DNA of 64,000 bases from Eledone cirrhosa (taxonomy: Eukaryota), in contig OZ024740.1 of NCBI GenBank assembly GCA_964016885.1, positions 246,760,001 to 246,824,000 on the forward strand. The letters run 5' to 3'. Of this stretch, positions 15,283 through 29,101 are shown piece by piece. The notes beneath the pieces are model-generated. The model saw nothing but the letters and a program-made list of their open reading frames with translations. It did not search any database and had not been told where the DNA came from. How positions within the stretch are numbered: position 1 is the first letter of the stretch; every line of letters begins with the position of its first letter. The position numbers and the translations under genes were made by a program.

Positions 15283-16624
15283 TATTTGTTAGTGTTTTCG
15301 TTCTGTAACCATTATATTAAATGAGTTTAAAAAAAAAGTGTTAATAAATAAATAAAGAGTTAATAAATAAATAAAACGTTATACTTGTTTTACCCTTCCA
15401 TTTTCAATTCACCGGACGCTGCTATCATGACTGTGTGTGTGTGTGTTTGTGTAAATGTATGTGTGAATGTATGTATGTTTGTGTGAATGTATGTGTATTT
15501 GTGTGAATGTCCGTGAGCGTGTATTTTTATAAGTTTGTGTTTGCGCGATTATAGTTATATACTCATAATAGTTATATACTCATACACATAGATGTATGTA
15601 TGTGCACAATCATACGCGTCAGCGTGTAGAAAATCATAATCTCTCTATCTCTCTTTCTATATATATGGTAGTTGAAGTGGTGGTGCTGGTGACGATATAC
15701 CGGAAGTGTAGAAATGTGAATGAAACTTAGAAAAGAAGTCAATTTTAAATTATTTATGTTTACGACATTTAGTTTCGAAATTTAGTATATAAATTATGTA
15801 ATATTCATTTATTATTTATTCAAAGTAATTCAACTTATTTTACTAACTGGACTAAAAGAATTAAACCGTACGCAGTCCCGCAGTCCTTACTTTATTATAG
15901 TTTAGATATGGCTTTCATGATATATATAATTTCGTGTATATATATATGTGCATATGAATATCTGTATTGTGCGCAAAAGAATTTGCATGTGTGTATGTGT
16001 TCACTTTGCCTTTCATCCATTTAAGGTCGATAAAAAAGTGCCAGTCTAGTACTGTGGTCGATTCTTCCTCTATATAGTTTTCTCACTTCCTTTTATCACT
16101 CTACCCTTTTCTGGAAGTAATCAGCTGTATTCAGCCCTGGAGAGGAGATGGACTCCACTAGGTGTATAAATAACCTAAAAATGCCGTATGTTAATATAGC
16201 GCCCCTACGACTCATTCAGGTGATAAGGGTCCATACATACATATGCGTGCATGTATTTGTGTGTGTGGTTGTAAGTATATGAATGAATACAAATGTATGT
16301 ATCTGTGTGTATGTGTGTATGTGCGTGCATGACTGTAAAGAAGCTTGCATAGTAAAGAAGTTTGCAATAAGGAAATGGGATGTACTGAGATAGTCAGGGA
16401 GAGAAAGGTAGTTCCCATGAACCATTTCAGGTCCTCTGGGACTGATGGAATGAAGAAGGTATCCTCAAACCAGAGACTTGGTGGTGGTGTTAAACTTTGC
16501 GATGGATTAGGTTTTCAGAAGACGAAGTCCTAGAGCAAATACGGCAAGGCATCTCTTACGGTCTAATAATTGCGCCAATTTATCCCGCTCGACTAGTACT
16601 TTATCATCATCATCATCATCATCA

Positions 16625-17230
16625 TATACTCCTGTACAACCTTCCACAGCAGGTTCCGAGGAACGTGGTCATATGCCTTCTCAAGGTCTACACAATCAGA
16701 ATATACCTCTTGGCAATACTCCCACGATTTTTCGGATACCTGCCGCAGTGTGAATATTTGGTCGGCTGTGCTGCGTCCGGGCGAAAACCGTACTGTTCAT
16801 CAACTAGCTTGGATTCGACAATCTCCCTGCATCTCATTGTCAGAGACATAGCATAGACTTTACCGGGGAGGCTTAACAATGAGACCCCTTTGTAATTGGA
16901 ACAATCTCTCTTATCTCCCTTTTTGAAAAGTGGGATTATCACTCCTAATTGTTATTGTTTCGGTGCCTTTCCAGAGATCCAGGCCACCCGGCACACACGA
17001 GTCAGCCAGAGAATACCTTCTTTATTTAAGGCTTTTACCATCTCAGGCCAGATTTCATCTTCCTCGGCAGCCTTGCCACATTTGAGCTCTTTAACTGCTT
17101 TTTGTGACCTCAGTCTCTTAGAGACTAGTTCCTGCTCCCAGATACACCTCGTGTACATCCGAAGATGCTGTTGTGATCGGGTTTAGAAGATCAGCAAAGT
17201 ATTCTCTTCACCTTGAAATAATACACCTCA
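16625..17230 (-). mobile_element. RTE-clade LINE internal fragment (start of RT)
   Basis: LKCGKAAEEDEIWPEMVK, IIPLFKKGDKRDCSNYKGVSLLSLPGKVYA and EQYGFRP motifs. Confidence 0.88.
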
Positions 17231-17454
17231 CTGTAGAGAGGAAAACATTAGGCGTTCTTGATAGCGGATGCTCTGCCAGAACACTTTATTTGCTGATCAA
17301 TATTGAAAATATGAATATCAACATTAACTCTGACTCGATTTGAACTCTGAACAGAAGAAACTTCACAACGCTTTTTAAGCCATACTCTAACGCGGTGGCG
17401 ATAGCAGTGGTTTGGTTTGTGGTTGAAAATGCCACAAGCCATAATGATATTGCT

Positions 17455-18275
17455 GGTTTGGCAGTATTGGTAGAGCGTCAGATACGATGCTTTGCAGCAT
17501 AGGGTTATGGCCCTTTAAGTTCTGAGTTCAAATCCGCCGAGGTTAACTTTGCCTTTCATCCTTGCGGGGTCGATAAATAAAGCACCAGTAATGAACTGGG
17601 TTAATTGCTGACCTTGTGCCCAAAGTAGAAACATTATTAATGATGTGCAAGATAGTGAATTGGTAGAGGTGTGAGGATGTCAGGTAAAATTCTTCGCTGT
17701 GTTCGTTCGGGCTCGCTGTGTTCTAAGGTCAAATCCCGGTGAGGTCAACTTTACCTTTCATCCTTCCGAGGTCGATAAATAAAGTTGCAGTTCAGTACTT
17801 GGTGATTGATGTATCTATCAAGGTATTTTGTCCTGCGTTATTTTGTCTCCAATTAGCCGTTAAAGGTTGGTGGAATGGTAGTATCGGCAGAGCGTCGGAC
17901 AAAATGCTTTGTTGCATTGAGTTACGGCCCTTTACGATCTGAGTTCATAATCCACCGAAGTTAGCTTTACCTTTCATCTTTACGAGTTAGATAAAATAGA
18001 GTACCAGTAACACACTGGAGTCGATTTAATCATCTTCCCCCACAAAAAAAAACGTTGTTGGACTTGTGCCTAAATCAGAAACCATTAATAATTGTTTCTA
18101 CTTTAGGCACAAGGCCAGCAATTACCCAGTGCATTACTGGTACTTTATTTTATCGACCCCGTAAGGATGAAAGGCAAAGTCAACCTCGGCGGGATTTGAA
18201 CTCAGATCGTAAAGGGACGTAACTATGCTGGAAAGCATAACGTCCGACCCTCTACCGATACTGCCAATCCACACC
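17455..18275. mobile_element. Cluster of four SINE copies: three on +, one young copy on - at 18088-18275
   Basis: Repeated SINE core sequence. Confidence 0.8.
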
Positions 18276-19474
18276 ATTATTAATGATGTGCAACAGCTAG
18301 TTACTGTACAATGGGCATATACATTTTACACACGGTTCACCCAACCACATACGCAGGAATATATAAATGAAATACCAACGTATACAAAACGGATCAAATT
18401 TGTCCGTCGTCCTTCCAGAGTCAATAAAATAAAGTACCAATCAAGTACTGGGGGTGATTTAATAAGACACTTTATTTCACCTTCTAGTAGTCCACTCAGT
18501 CGGAAAAAAATGAGTTTTACTTGTAAGTGAAAGGGGTAACCTTGTAACACATTGTGTCACTCCAAATACTTCTGAGAACTACGTTAATATACGTGGAATA
18601 CTCAGCCACTTGCACGTTCATTTCAAGAGTTATTTGTTCTGTAGTTCGAGACAGGAACAGTGGTCACTGGAGGTTCAACACATACACATGTGTGCGTTTT
18701 ATAACAGGAGTGCTGGCATTACGTCATCTTATCAATAAAACAGGAGATAACATAATACTGGCATGAAATAAAGAACAGCCGTGTCATGAAAGTTCATTGG
18801 TATTTAGATTGAATTAGCATAGCAAAATTAGCTTAAATGTCAAAGTGATAATGAGTTACTTCATAATTATAAATAAATGAATCCCCGTTGGTTTCGTAGA
18901 TGATCATTTTAATTCTTCAATCAACAGAAAGACCTACTCATGAAATTAACGTCTAAGGGACTGAGTATTCTACACATACACAAAGTGATCCAGTGTGACT
19001 GTATATTCCGGCTGACCCTTTTTTGAATTAATGTTACAGTCTACCTAATTTTGTTCAGAGGGCTTAGATTAATCTGTGGCACATGTTGAAGATGCCATGC
19101 AGTGGTATCAAATCCGCTCCCTCATGGGTGCGAAGCGAACTTCTTAACAATATAGTCATACTTGCGTAGTCTAACTTAAACACAATAAACGAAATAAATC
19201 ATTTTCGTCACCGTCGTCGTTGCTGTTGCTACTGTTATTCAGTCATATGTAAGGGAGCATACATCTTAATGCATGAAAGAATTTGTGCCTTCATACACAG
19301 GAAATTATGCTAGAATTAGAACCTACTAAGTTTATCCCGAAGAAACCGTGCTTACTCCCACCTGATAAATTATACCTCTCCTTTAGGGTTATAAATTGGG
19401 CTAGCCTGTTTTATACCCCAGGGTATAAAAAGGCCTAGTCCACTTTAAACACGGGTATAGTTCTAATTATAAAG

Positions 19475-20735
19475 AGATCTCCTTGTTAAGCCTCCATGGT
19501 AACGTCTATGCTAAGTATCTGGCAAAGAGATGCAGGGAGATTGCATCCAAGCTAGCTGATGAACAGTGTGATTTTCGCACCGGACGCAACAAAATCGATC
19601 AAATATTCAAACTGCTGCAGGTTTTCGAGGGACCGTGAGAATATTGTCAAGAGGCATATCTTTGTTTTTGTAGACCCCTAAAAGGCATATAACCACGTTC
19701 CTAGGGACTTGTGGAACGTTCTGCAGGTGTATGGGATCGTTGGTCAGCTGCCCCGATGTCACTATACGAATGACCGAGTATTTGTGATGGGATAAATGGT
19801 GCTAAATCGAGACCATCCAATGTGAGAGTCGGACTCCGCCAAGGGTACGTACAGTTATCTTTCCTGTTCATTATTTTGATGAACAGGATTGACATGCGCA
19901 GCCGGGTAGGAAGTGGTATAAAATGGCGGGTGTAAAATCAGTCGGCTGGAATTTGCAGACGACATGGTGTTACTTAACTCAACCGAAGATGATCTTCGAC
20001 TTGCACTTGATAGGTTTGATGCCGAGTGCTGCATGGCTGGAATGAAAATCAGTGCGGCGAAAACTGAGACACTCGTCTTCTCAAGGAAGCCTGCGCAGTG
20101 CATGCTACACGTGAATGGAGTTCCACTAAAGCAGGTAGAGAAGTTCAAGTATCTTGGGTTTGTGTCACGAGTGATGGAAGGTAGGAGGCTGAATTAAGTG
20201 CAAGAATTGCAGGAGCTGGTGCAGTAATGCAGAAGAAAGGAGGTAGGCGTAAAAGCCAAACACGCTAACTCTAATTCACCATTCGTACCAACCCTTACTT
20301 ATGGTCATGAATCTTGGGTAATGACCGAAATACAATCGCGAATACAAGCAGCCGAAATGGGATTCCTCCGAAGGGTCTTTGGAGTAACGTTAATTGACAA
20401 AGTGCGTAGCTCGGCAACCAGAGAGTCATTCCATATAGAGCTGCTTCTTCTCCGAATTGAGAGATCATAACTCCGATATTATGAGCATGTGGTTAGAATG
20501 TCTCAGTAAAGAATCGCTGGACAGATTTTACGGGCAAAACCAACCAACAGGAGACCCAAAGGTAGAACCCGAGCAAGATATTTGGATAACTTCCATGGGC
20601 TTGGCTGGTCACGTTTGGGGATCCAGCTGGATCAGTTGGCGATGGTTGCTACTGACAAGACCCAATAAAAGGAGTGTTTGACGACTCTGCCCCCACGACC
20701 CTCTCAGGAATAAATGGACGAAAACGAAGAAGATT
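19475..20735 (+). mobile_element. RTE-clade LINE, RT to 3' end, degenerate
   Basis: GLRQG, EFADDMVLL, GMKISAAKTE, KQVEKFKYLG and LTYGHESW motifs; ends with gaagaaga. Confidence 0.88.
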
Positions 20736-20874
20736 TTGACGGGGGGGGGGGGTATAATTATAAATAATAACAATTCTATGGAGCATGATTATTGTATAAT
20801 AACAAATGGACTTTTCCCTCCCCCCAAATTGATGGCCTCGTGCTTAAATCAGAAACCAATATAAGTGAATGTAA

Positions 20875-21400
20875 AGGGTGGTGGATTGGCAGGATTAGTA
20901 AAGCATCGGATAAATGCCATTTCGGTATCTGTTATGGCTCTTTGAATTCTGAGTTCAAATCCTTCTGAGGTCGATGAAATAATTGTTTCTACTTTTTGGC
21001 ACAAGGCCAGTAATTACCCAGTACATTACTGGTACTTTATTTTATCGACCCCGTAAGGATGAAAGGCAAAGTTAACCTCGGCGGGATTTGAACTCAGAAT
21101 GGCAAGGGCCGTAACTCTATGCGGTCGATGAAATAATACCAGTCACGTACTGGGGTAGGATCAACTTTGTCCTTCCTCTGAATTAGAAATCATTTTTAGT
21201 AAATGCAAAAAGGGTCTGGATTGGCAGTATTGGTAGAGGGTCGGACGCCATGCTTTGACGCATAGAGTTACGGCCCTGCCATTCTGAGTTCGAATCCCGC
21301 CAAGGTTAACTTTGCCTTTCATCCTTACGGGGTCGATAAAATAAAGTACCAGTAATGCACTGGGTAATTGCTGGCCTTGTGCCAAAAGTAGAAACAATTA
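20875..21400. mobile_element. SINE cluster: young - copy (20980-21122) nested in an older + SINE, then a full + copy (21217-21400)
   Basis: TSD ggtcgatgaaataat around the nested copy; TSD ttagtaaatgca around the last copy. Confidence 0.85.
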
Positions 21401-22017
21401 TTAGTAAATGCATCATTACACTTGCTTCTTCACAAGATGTGAAGATGAAAATGTAATCCATGTATTTGTTGAAGAAGACACAAAAGTGGCAGTTGTTACA
21501 CTTTCTGCACTCCAGCTGGTCCATATTTTATAGAGCTAGTCTGGATACCAGTGGGGTACCTATGGTCTTCTTTCAAATGTGCTTATAGAAGCCAAAGTAT
21601 GTGTTGTCCACGATGATGAACAGGGCTTGGTAGATGTTTGATTCTAAATTCTAAACAATAGAGACTGAAAGAGATATTGGAGTCGCTCAGTAGGTTACAG
21701 ATGTCAGCCAATATAGTGTCAATGAAGGTTTCTCAATAGGTGTGGTGTCTGTGAGCTTAGTGTGTCCTTTATTCTTATTATCGTGTACAAGTGGCAAATC
21801 GTTGTACACGTCCCGAGAAACAACAACAATTATATCTCTTGGTCGGTAAGGAGATAAATACAATATTTTGATCTTAAGTTTCTTAAAGTGGGGTACTGGC
21901 AGAGTAATTAGATTCTGTCATTTTCAAATCATATATTTTTAATGCATGAGAATACCCATCCTCACACTTCAACACATTTGCAAAATTTTGTCTTTGCAGT
22001 GTATATATATATATATA

Positions 22018-22920
22018 CTAGCAGTAAAGCCCGGCGTTGCTCGGGGTCGCTCAGTAGCTGTGTTAAAGTTACAATGTTAAGTTTCTTTCTTGGCTTAAAA
22101 ACTGTAGTGTCTACTGTGCAGACTTGCATGTGGTGTTTTTGATTAATATTCCCTCAACCAACAATATGCCTTATGAAGTTAAGAAAACATAACGATAACC
22201 CCAATGTTATAACAAAAGAGGATGCTGGGGATAGAAACTGCACTGGTTATTTATTAACAAAGATCGAAAATGTAAACACTGCAACGCAGAGAAAAACATT
22301 AGCGTAACCAAATTATCAGTTATGTCTGTCTGCACGCCTATATCACCTCTCTGCACGACTGTCTGTCTGCACGCCTATATCACCTCTCTGCACGACTGTC
22401 TGTCTGCACGCCTATATCACCTCTCTGCACGACTGTCTGTCTGCACGACTGTCTGTCTGCACGCCTAACGACGAAATATTTGCTTGTTTTACGTAGTCTT
22501 TAAATAGACTTGTTTTCAAGTAAAAATATTGTTTTAAAATGCTTTTAAATGGAAATGAAGCAAAACGGAAGCTTAGTGTTCGAACTGATGAATTTTGCAG
22601 GTCAATATTTTGCTGGCTCGACGTTAATGTCATTTTAAACGCTGAGAAAGCCAGCGTAATTTTTTACGTAAGACGCTCAATGTAAACAGAACAAAGGGAA
22701 ATAACTGATAACTTACGCTCAAAAATCGATACATTATATTCGATTTCGTCACATAGGGTGGGTCAATTTGAAATATTTTTTTTCCGATGTCTTCGCTAGG
22801 GCTCAATGTACAAGTATAGCAATTTCGGTGCAATTCCGTGAGAGATTCTAAGAGGAGATGCGTGCCAAAAATCGATAGACAGACAGACAACCACAGTTTT
22901 ATATATATATATATATATAT
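22018..22920 (-). mobile_element. Non-autonomous Helitron-like element with an internal 36-bp tandem repeat (22325-22465)
   Basis: Minus-strand 3' end cccgagcaacgccggg hairpin followed by ...gCTAG|t; the other end is gacagacagacaac..tttatatata. Confidence 0.7.
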
Positions 22921-22989
22921 CCGGGAGCTTCCAATGGTTGCATTCTTTAAGGGTATGTCAATATTTATTTATAAAACTGCTCTATATTA

Positions 22990-23054
22990 TATTTTATCTG
23001 ATGAAAGCACACCATAATTTAACTTGGTGTCCTTGAAATATGTATAATGAAATA
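22990..23054 (+). ncRNA. Type I minimal hammerhead ribozyme
   Basis: Stem I tattttat/atgaaata, CTGATGA, stem II aag.acacca/tggtgt.ctt, GAAA, self-complementary ATATGTAT stem III, cleavage predicted after ATA (23046). Confidence 0.8.
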
Positions 23055-23183
23055 AATATGGTTTTATAAATATAGTTTCCATTTGTTAATATCGTATTTT
23101 TACTCCAAATATTTGTTGAGTGCTTTATATCAGTTATAAAATATTTGCTTGTTGTATCCCAACAATTTAAATAGAACTTTTAC

Positions 23184-23241
<58 letters not shown>

Positions 23242-23252
23242 ATGTATGAATG

Positions 23253-23329
<77 letters not shown>

Positions 23330-23395
23330 TAATAAACTCAAACAGTCTTTTACAATTAAATAGCTCAAAGAAAGGAATATTTCTGAGCCGTGTAA

Positions 23396-23709
23396 TACAA
23401 ATGAATATATGATAGGGAGAAACACTGATACAAGTATACATGTGTTCGCATTGCAAATGACCAAGTTAGCTGGATTGAAAAAATACTAATTAAAATACTA
23501 CGGTTTGCCTGTCTCGATTTAAAATAATAAATCAATAAAAACAAACGGCTATTGCCAATATAGGTTTGTTTTTATTGATTTATTATTTTAAATCGAAACA
23601 AGCAAACTGTATTATTTTAATTAGTATTTTTCAACCGAGCTAACTTGGTCATTTGCAATACGAACACATGTATACTTGTATCACTGTTTATCCCTATCAT
23701 ATATTCATT

Positions 23710-23713
<4 letters not shown>
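23396..23713. repeat. Imperfect fold-back inverted repeat (~150-bp arms, ~17-nt loop) ending in (TA)n
   Basis: 23396-23545 is the reverse complement of 23563-23713 with scattered mismatches. Confidence 0.9.
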
Positions 23714-23746
<33 letters not shown>

Positions 23747-23820
23747 GAGAAGTATATAAATTATTGTAGCAAGAAGCCAACAGTATTCCATAATATATAT
23801 AATTATATATAATATATATC

Positions 23821-23883
23821 ATTATATTTTGTCTGATGAGGACGTACTGTTGTACATCCGAAATATGTATAATAAAATGTAAT
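23821..23883 (+). ncRNA. Type I minimal hammerhead ribozyme in a ~180-bp unit between (TA)n tracts
   Basis: Stem I attatattttgt/ataaaatgtaat (12 bp), CTGATGA, stem II gga.gtac/gtac.tcc, GAAA, ATATGTAT, cleavage after ATA. Confidence 0.85.
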
Positions 23884-23917
23884 TGATAAAAAGATATCTA
23901 TTTTATTAATATTTATA

Positions 23918-23960
<43 letters not shown>

Positions 23961-23964
23961 TATA

Positions 23965-24027
<63 letters not shown>

Positions 24028-24031
24028 TATA

Positions 24032-24086
<55 letters not shown>

Positions 24087-24096
24087 TATATTCTAA

Positions 24097-24258
<162 letters not shown>

Positions 24259-24628
24259 AAACTATAACGATAATCCCAGAAACCATAGACAAAACTATAA
24301 CCCTACTAACAAAAACCGAAGATCCCCGAACACAAGGCAGGACCCGATCCGCAGATCACAACCCACACAAAACCTATTCCAAAACCGTAGACCCCTGCCC
24401 ACACAGAGCCTGTTCCAAAACCGTAGATCCCAACCCACACAAAGGAACAAAATCTACAACCCGGACTATCAACAAACCGAACCTCAATACGTCCGAAACT
24501 TCTATACAAGACCACACAACAACAGGGGAAATACCATTAGAATAATACCATTAAAATAATACCATTGAAAAAACATTCCAGAAAAATCATCATTTTTTAG
24601 ACCAAGGCTACAGGACCCACGACACCCG

Positions 24629-26068
24629 GTGACACAAACCGATTTTGAAAAACCGAAAATAATCAACCTTTCAAATACAAACCTCTCAGCCCAACAAGTA
24701 AAAATTCTCTCCAAAGGACTGAAATTCACACCAACACCACAATACTCTAACCCCAATGAGATAAATGACGATATCTCACACTTCTGTAGAAAATTACGTC
24801 TCACAGAGGAATTCTTTGACAAGGAGAATAACGACGAATCAATTGTACGGAATAAAAGCAGCTACAACCCAACAAAAGGTAGAAACAGAGTTCTGGACAA
24901 ATTTTGTGACCACATAGCTACCTTCCCATACCATGAACTACCGCAACCTAAACCCAAACCCAACACGAGTCGAAGGGAATGGGAGATTATCCATGAACTA
25001 AAAAACAATACGCACATTATAATTAAGGAAGCGGACAAGGGAAGTACTGTTGTCATTATGGATGCTGAAAAATATAAAAATTCTATGTTCTCTCTCTTAC
25101 AAAATACTAATTACTATGAAAGAGTAAAAAACTACCAGCAATCAAAAACAATGACCAGATTAAACACACTGATTTATCGATACCAGGAAGACCTAACTAA
25201 AAAGGAACGCGATTATTTAACACATTTTGAATACAAAACCAGCAACCTTTACGGACATCCGAAGATCCACAAGTGTAAAATAATTAACGATGCCTGTAAA
25301 CAATCCACCTCAGCCTGCGTGAACACACAATACCCCACAGACCTTAAATTAAGACCAATTGTAGCGGGCCCACAATGTGAAACACACAGACTGAGCAACT
25401 TTATAGACATACTACTAAAACCAATTCTCAAACACATACCAAGCCTTGTAAGAGACGATCTGGACCTCTTAAACCACCTCCCCAAACATGTCAACAACGA
25501 CACTATTATTGTGTCCTTCGATGTAGTGAATCTCTACACAACGATCCCACACCAATACGGACTAGAAGCAATAGGATTCTGGCTAGAGAAATATCCCAAT
25601 GAGATACCTGACAGAATAGAAAAATGCTTCATCACCGAGGGATTAAAATTCATCTTACAGAACAACTTTTTTTATTTCGATGGCAGTACTTACAAGCAAA
25701 TATCGGGGACTGCGATGGGCACAAAAGCCGCTCCAACTTATGCCAACTTAGTCATGGCATACTTAGAAGTCCAGATATATGAACAGTCCAAATCAAAATA
25801 CGGATTGAACTTCCACAAATATTTATCAGAGAATTGGAAACGCTACTTGGATGATTGTCTCATTCTTTGGTTCCACACACTCGACCAACTGAAGGATTTC
25901 AAAAACTTAATAAACGGCATCAATAACCACATCCAATTCACAATGGAATACAGCCAAGATCAACTCCCATTTCTGGACATCTTAATCTTAAAAAAAGATA
26001 CAAATATTGAAACTGACATACACTACAAACCAACAGATTCCAAACAATACCTGCTATTCACCCCCTAA
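24629..26068 (+). CDS. PLE reverse transcriptase (frameshift near 26060)
   Basis: LSKGLKFTPTP, IIKEADKGSTVV, PKIHK, LRPIVAG, SFDVVNLYTTIP, GTAMGTKAAP, WKRYLDD and LPFLD motifs. Confidence 0.9.
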   Translation: MTQTDFEKPKIINLSNTNLSAQQVKILSKGLKFTPTPQYSNPNEINDDISHFCRKLRLTEEFFDKENNDESIVRNKSSYNPTKGRNRVLDKFCDHIATFPYHELPQPKPKPNTSRREWEIIHELKNNTHIIIKEADKGSTVVIMDAEKYKNSMFSLLQNTNYYERVKNYQQSKTMTRLNTLIYRYQEDLTKKERDYLTHFEYKTSNLYGHPKIHKCKIINDACKQSTSACVNTQYPTDLKLRPIVAGPQCETHRLSNFIDILLKPILKHIPSLVRDDLDLLNHLPKHVNNDTIIVSFDVVNLYTTIPHQYGLEAIGFWLEKYPNEIPDRIEKCFITEGLKFILQNNFFYFDGSTYKQISGTAMGTKAAPTYANLVMAYLEVQIYEQSKSKYGLNFHKYLSENWKRYLDDCLILWFHTLDQLKDFKNLINGINNHIQFTMEYSQDQLPFLDILILKKDTNIETDIHYKPTDSKQYLLFTP

Positions 26069-26912
26069 CCATCCAAAGCACACGAAGACGAACATTCCTT
26101 TTAACCTAGCAAGAATAATTTGCACAATTGTCTCCAATTATGAAACGCGAAATAAAAGGCTTCAAGAATTAAAGGAAATTCTACTCGAAAGAGAGTACCC
26201 ACCATTACTAATAAATAATGGAATAGAAAGGGCTAAAGCAATAGGCATTGATGAATTACGAAAACAGAAACAAATTCAAGGTACGTTCAATATTCTATCA
26301 TATATCTCAACACACAACCCAAGAAATGCAGAAGCTTACAACACTATTCACAAGAATATCCCACTACTAAAACAAAACCCAAGAATGAAAAAAGCCTTTG
26401 AAACACACAAAATAATCAAAAGCAAAAGACAACCAAAATCACTGAAAACATTACTCACCAATGCCAAATTACCTACCACAAACCCACAACCAACTGTCAA
26501 AAAATGTGGTCGCTCTAATTGTGGAACCTGCACTCACCTCATTGAAGGCAACACGTATACATTTAAATCAGGACAAAATTTTACTGTAAAAAATCACTTC
26601 ACTTGCTCATCAAAAAATCTAATTTATGCCATTAAATGTAAAGGATGCAATGAAGATTGTATAGGACAAACTAAACTCACACTCAGAAACAGAATGACAG
26701 TTCATCGCCAACAATTACGAGATCCAACCACGAGACAGATACCACTAAGCGCACATCTAGACATATGTAATAAGACACTATCTAGTAATAAGACACCCAA
26801 ATTCCAAGTCTTCCCATTTTACCTTTGCGCTAACAATACAACAGAACAAATACGAATAAATAAGGAAAATATGTGTATTCAAAAATATAGACCAGCATTA
26901 AATATGGTTTAA
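26065..26912 (+). CDS. PLE thumb/linker plus GIY-YIG endonuclease (continuation after the frameshift)
   Basis: HPKHTKTNIP, CGRSNCGTC linker, NLIYAIKCKGCNEDCIGQT (YIG changed to CIG), R..H, HL and terminal PALN motifs. Confidence 0.88.
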
Positions 26913-27930
26913 TATACATTATGTCAACACCATAACATGCTAACCATCCAAACAGACACATACACACACACATAACACCTTCTACTTTAGAAAATAAAAA
27001 CCCGAACTAAATAAACCTTAACATACGTTTGCACTGACAATACAACAGAACAAATACGAATAATAAGTAAGGAAAATATATTCATTCAAAAATATTCCTA
27101 CTAAAGGAATCATTCCCCCCCCCCCCAACACACACATTATATATATATTCTCTTCATCTTAACATGCTAACCATACTCCCACACACATAACACCCATACA
27201 CACACATAACAACCCCCACACCCCCACACACAACTCCCTCCCCCATTTCTACTAATAGAATCACTTTCCTACACACATATATACACACACACAAAATATA
27301 TATTCTCTCCATCTTAACATACTCCCACACACACACACAACTCCCTCCCCCATTTCTACTAATAGAATCATCTTCCAATACACACACACACACAAGCACA
27401 CACACAAGCCCACAAATAAACATACATATCTTTACTTTCTTTATTCAATAGAAAATCTGAATTCTAACACCCCAGCGAACTAACCATATTTACTGAACCA
27501 GAACAATTCTCCCATCCCATTTCTCTTGACCATTATCTTTTGCTTGTCATAAAATTCTCTAAAAAGGCTAGAGAATAGATTTCCAAATAAGGGCGCGAAA
27601 ATTTAATGAAAACTTGTTCACGTGACAGCCCTAATTTTATTTATAACCAATCAAATCACGTTTATTAAAAAAAAGCGTTCGTGAGTCCCCTTTTTTTAAG
27701 TAAAAAGAAATTCAAACACTCATATATGAAAAAACAACCTGTGACCCCCCCCCCCTTGTTTGAAGTACTTTGTAACGCGAACTGGCGCGAAATTTATTAT
27801 AATTATTGACCAACCAATCACATTACTTCTCGAAAAACCTGGCATTTCGAGCCACTTTTTCCATATAAAACAAGTAACATTCAGAGACCAACCAGATGTG
27901 AGAAAAACCACAGACCCTTCATCTCAACTC

Positions 27931-27970
27931 TACTTTTGAAAAGCAGAAGCACTGCGAAACCGGTAAAGGA
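27931..27970 (+). ncRNA. Minimal hammerhead ribozyme, U3:A8 core variant, at the PLE 3' end
   Basis: ctt TTGAAAA gcag-aagca-ctgc GAAA CCGG TA aag; palindromic ACCGGT stem III. Confidence 0.65.
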
Positions 27971-28112
27971 ACCAAATAAATATATATATTTAAAAAAAAT
28001 AAGACTCCAGTTGCATTTTCGATTTCATCTATTTTTCTTTATACTTTCACTCGTGTAGGACACCTCGGTTATTTTTCATTTTGTAAAAAAAACCTCACTT
28101 TCTAATATATAT

Positions 28113-28193
<81 letters not shown>

Positions 28194-28229
28194 TATGTCA
28201 ATATTTGTTTATAAAACTGATCTATATTA

Positions 28230-28294
28230 TATTTTATCTGATGAAAGCGCACCATAATTTGCTTTGGTGTCCTTGAAATATGTATAATGAAATA
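28230..28294 (+). ncRNA. Type I minimal hammerhead ribozyme; second copy of the 22952-23092 unit (28192-28332)
   Basis: Same fold as 22990-23054; differences are confined to stem II and its loop. Confidence 0.8.
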
Positions 28295-28967
28295 AATATG
28301 GTTTTATAAATATAGTTTCCATTTGTTAATATATTATATATATATATATATATATTTGTGGTACACTGCAGATCAAACAATAAATTACTGGTTCACTTAG
28401 CAAGGCCTTTTTAATATATCTAAACAAACTTTTGTAGATGAACAATTAGCGATGTGATGAATAGGGAGAATAGGATATGGAAGGGCTAGGCAGGGGATCT
28501 GTACGGGTGATAACATTAGTAATAATAGATTGTTGATGTTTTCAGAGGTAATGGTTTAATAAAAGAAATGCATTTGAACTGGGAGGGATTCGTTTTCTTT
28601 GGTTTGTTTCAGTTATTAGACTGCGGTCATATCAAGTTTCCACTTGTCACTGAGTCGTTAAGTCACCATCAATTTTGAATCGAAGTTGAGAAGTTCGAGT
28701 CATGTAACTGTGTTTAACAGATGATGTAGCAGGATGATCTGGCGTATTAGTATGTATTGGATGTTGAAAGAAATGTGTGTGTAAGATGTCTTTTCTCATT
28801 TTCCATACAATTACGGAAGCATTGGTTTGTATCAGTGGATGTTTCTCTAAAAGGAATGACTAAAATCAATCAATCAATCAACACACACACACACATATAT
28901 ATATATGTACAAATACCATATATCCACACATAATCTCGCATATACACATATATGTATGTGTACATAC

Positions 28968-29060
<93 letters not shown>

Positions 29061-29101
29061 CGCGCGTGTGTGTGCGTGTGTGTGCATATGTGTGTGTGTG
29101 T

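Noticed and set aside
22584-22620. CTGATGA inside the Helitron-like element
   Set aside because: No stem II-GAAA; chance match
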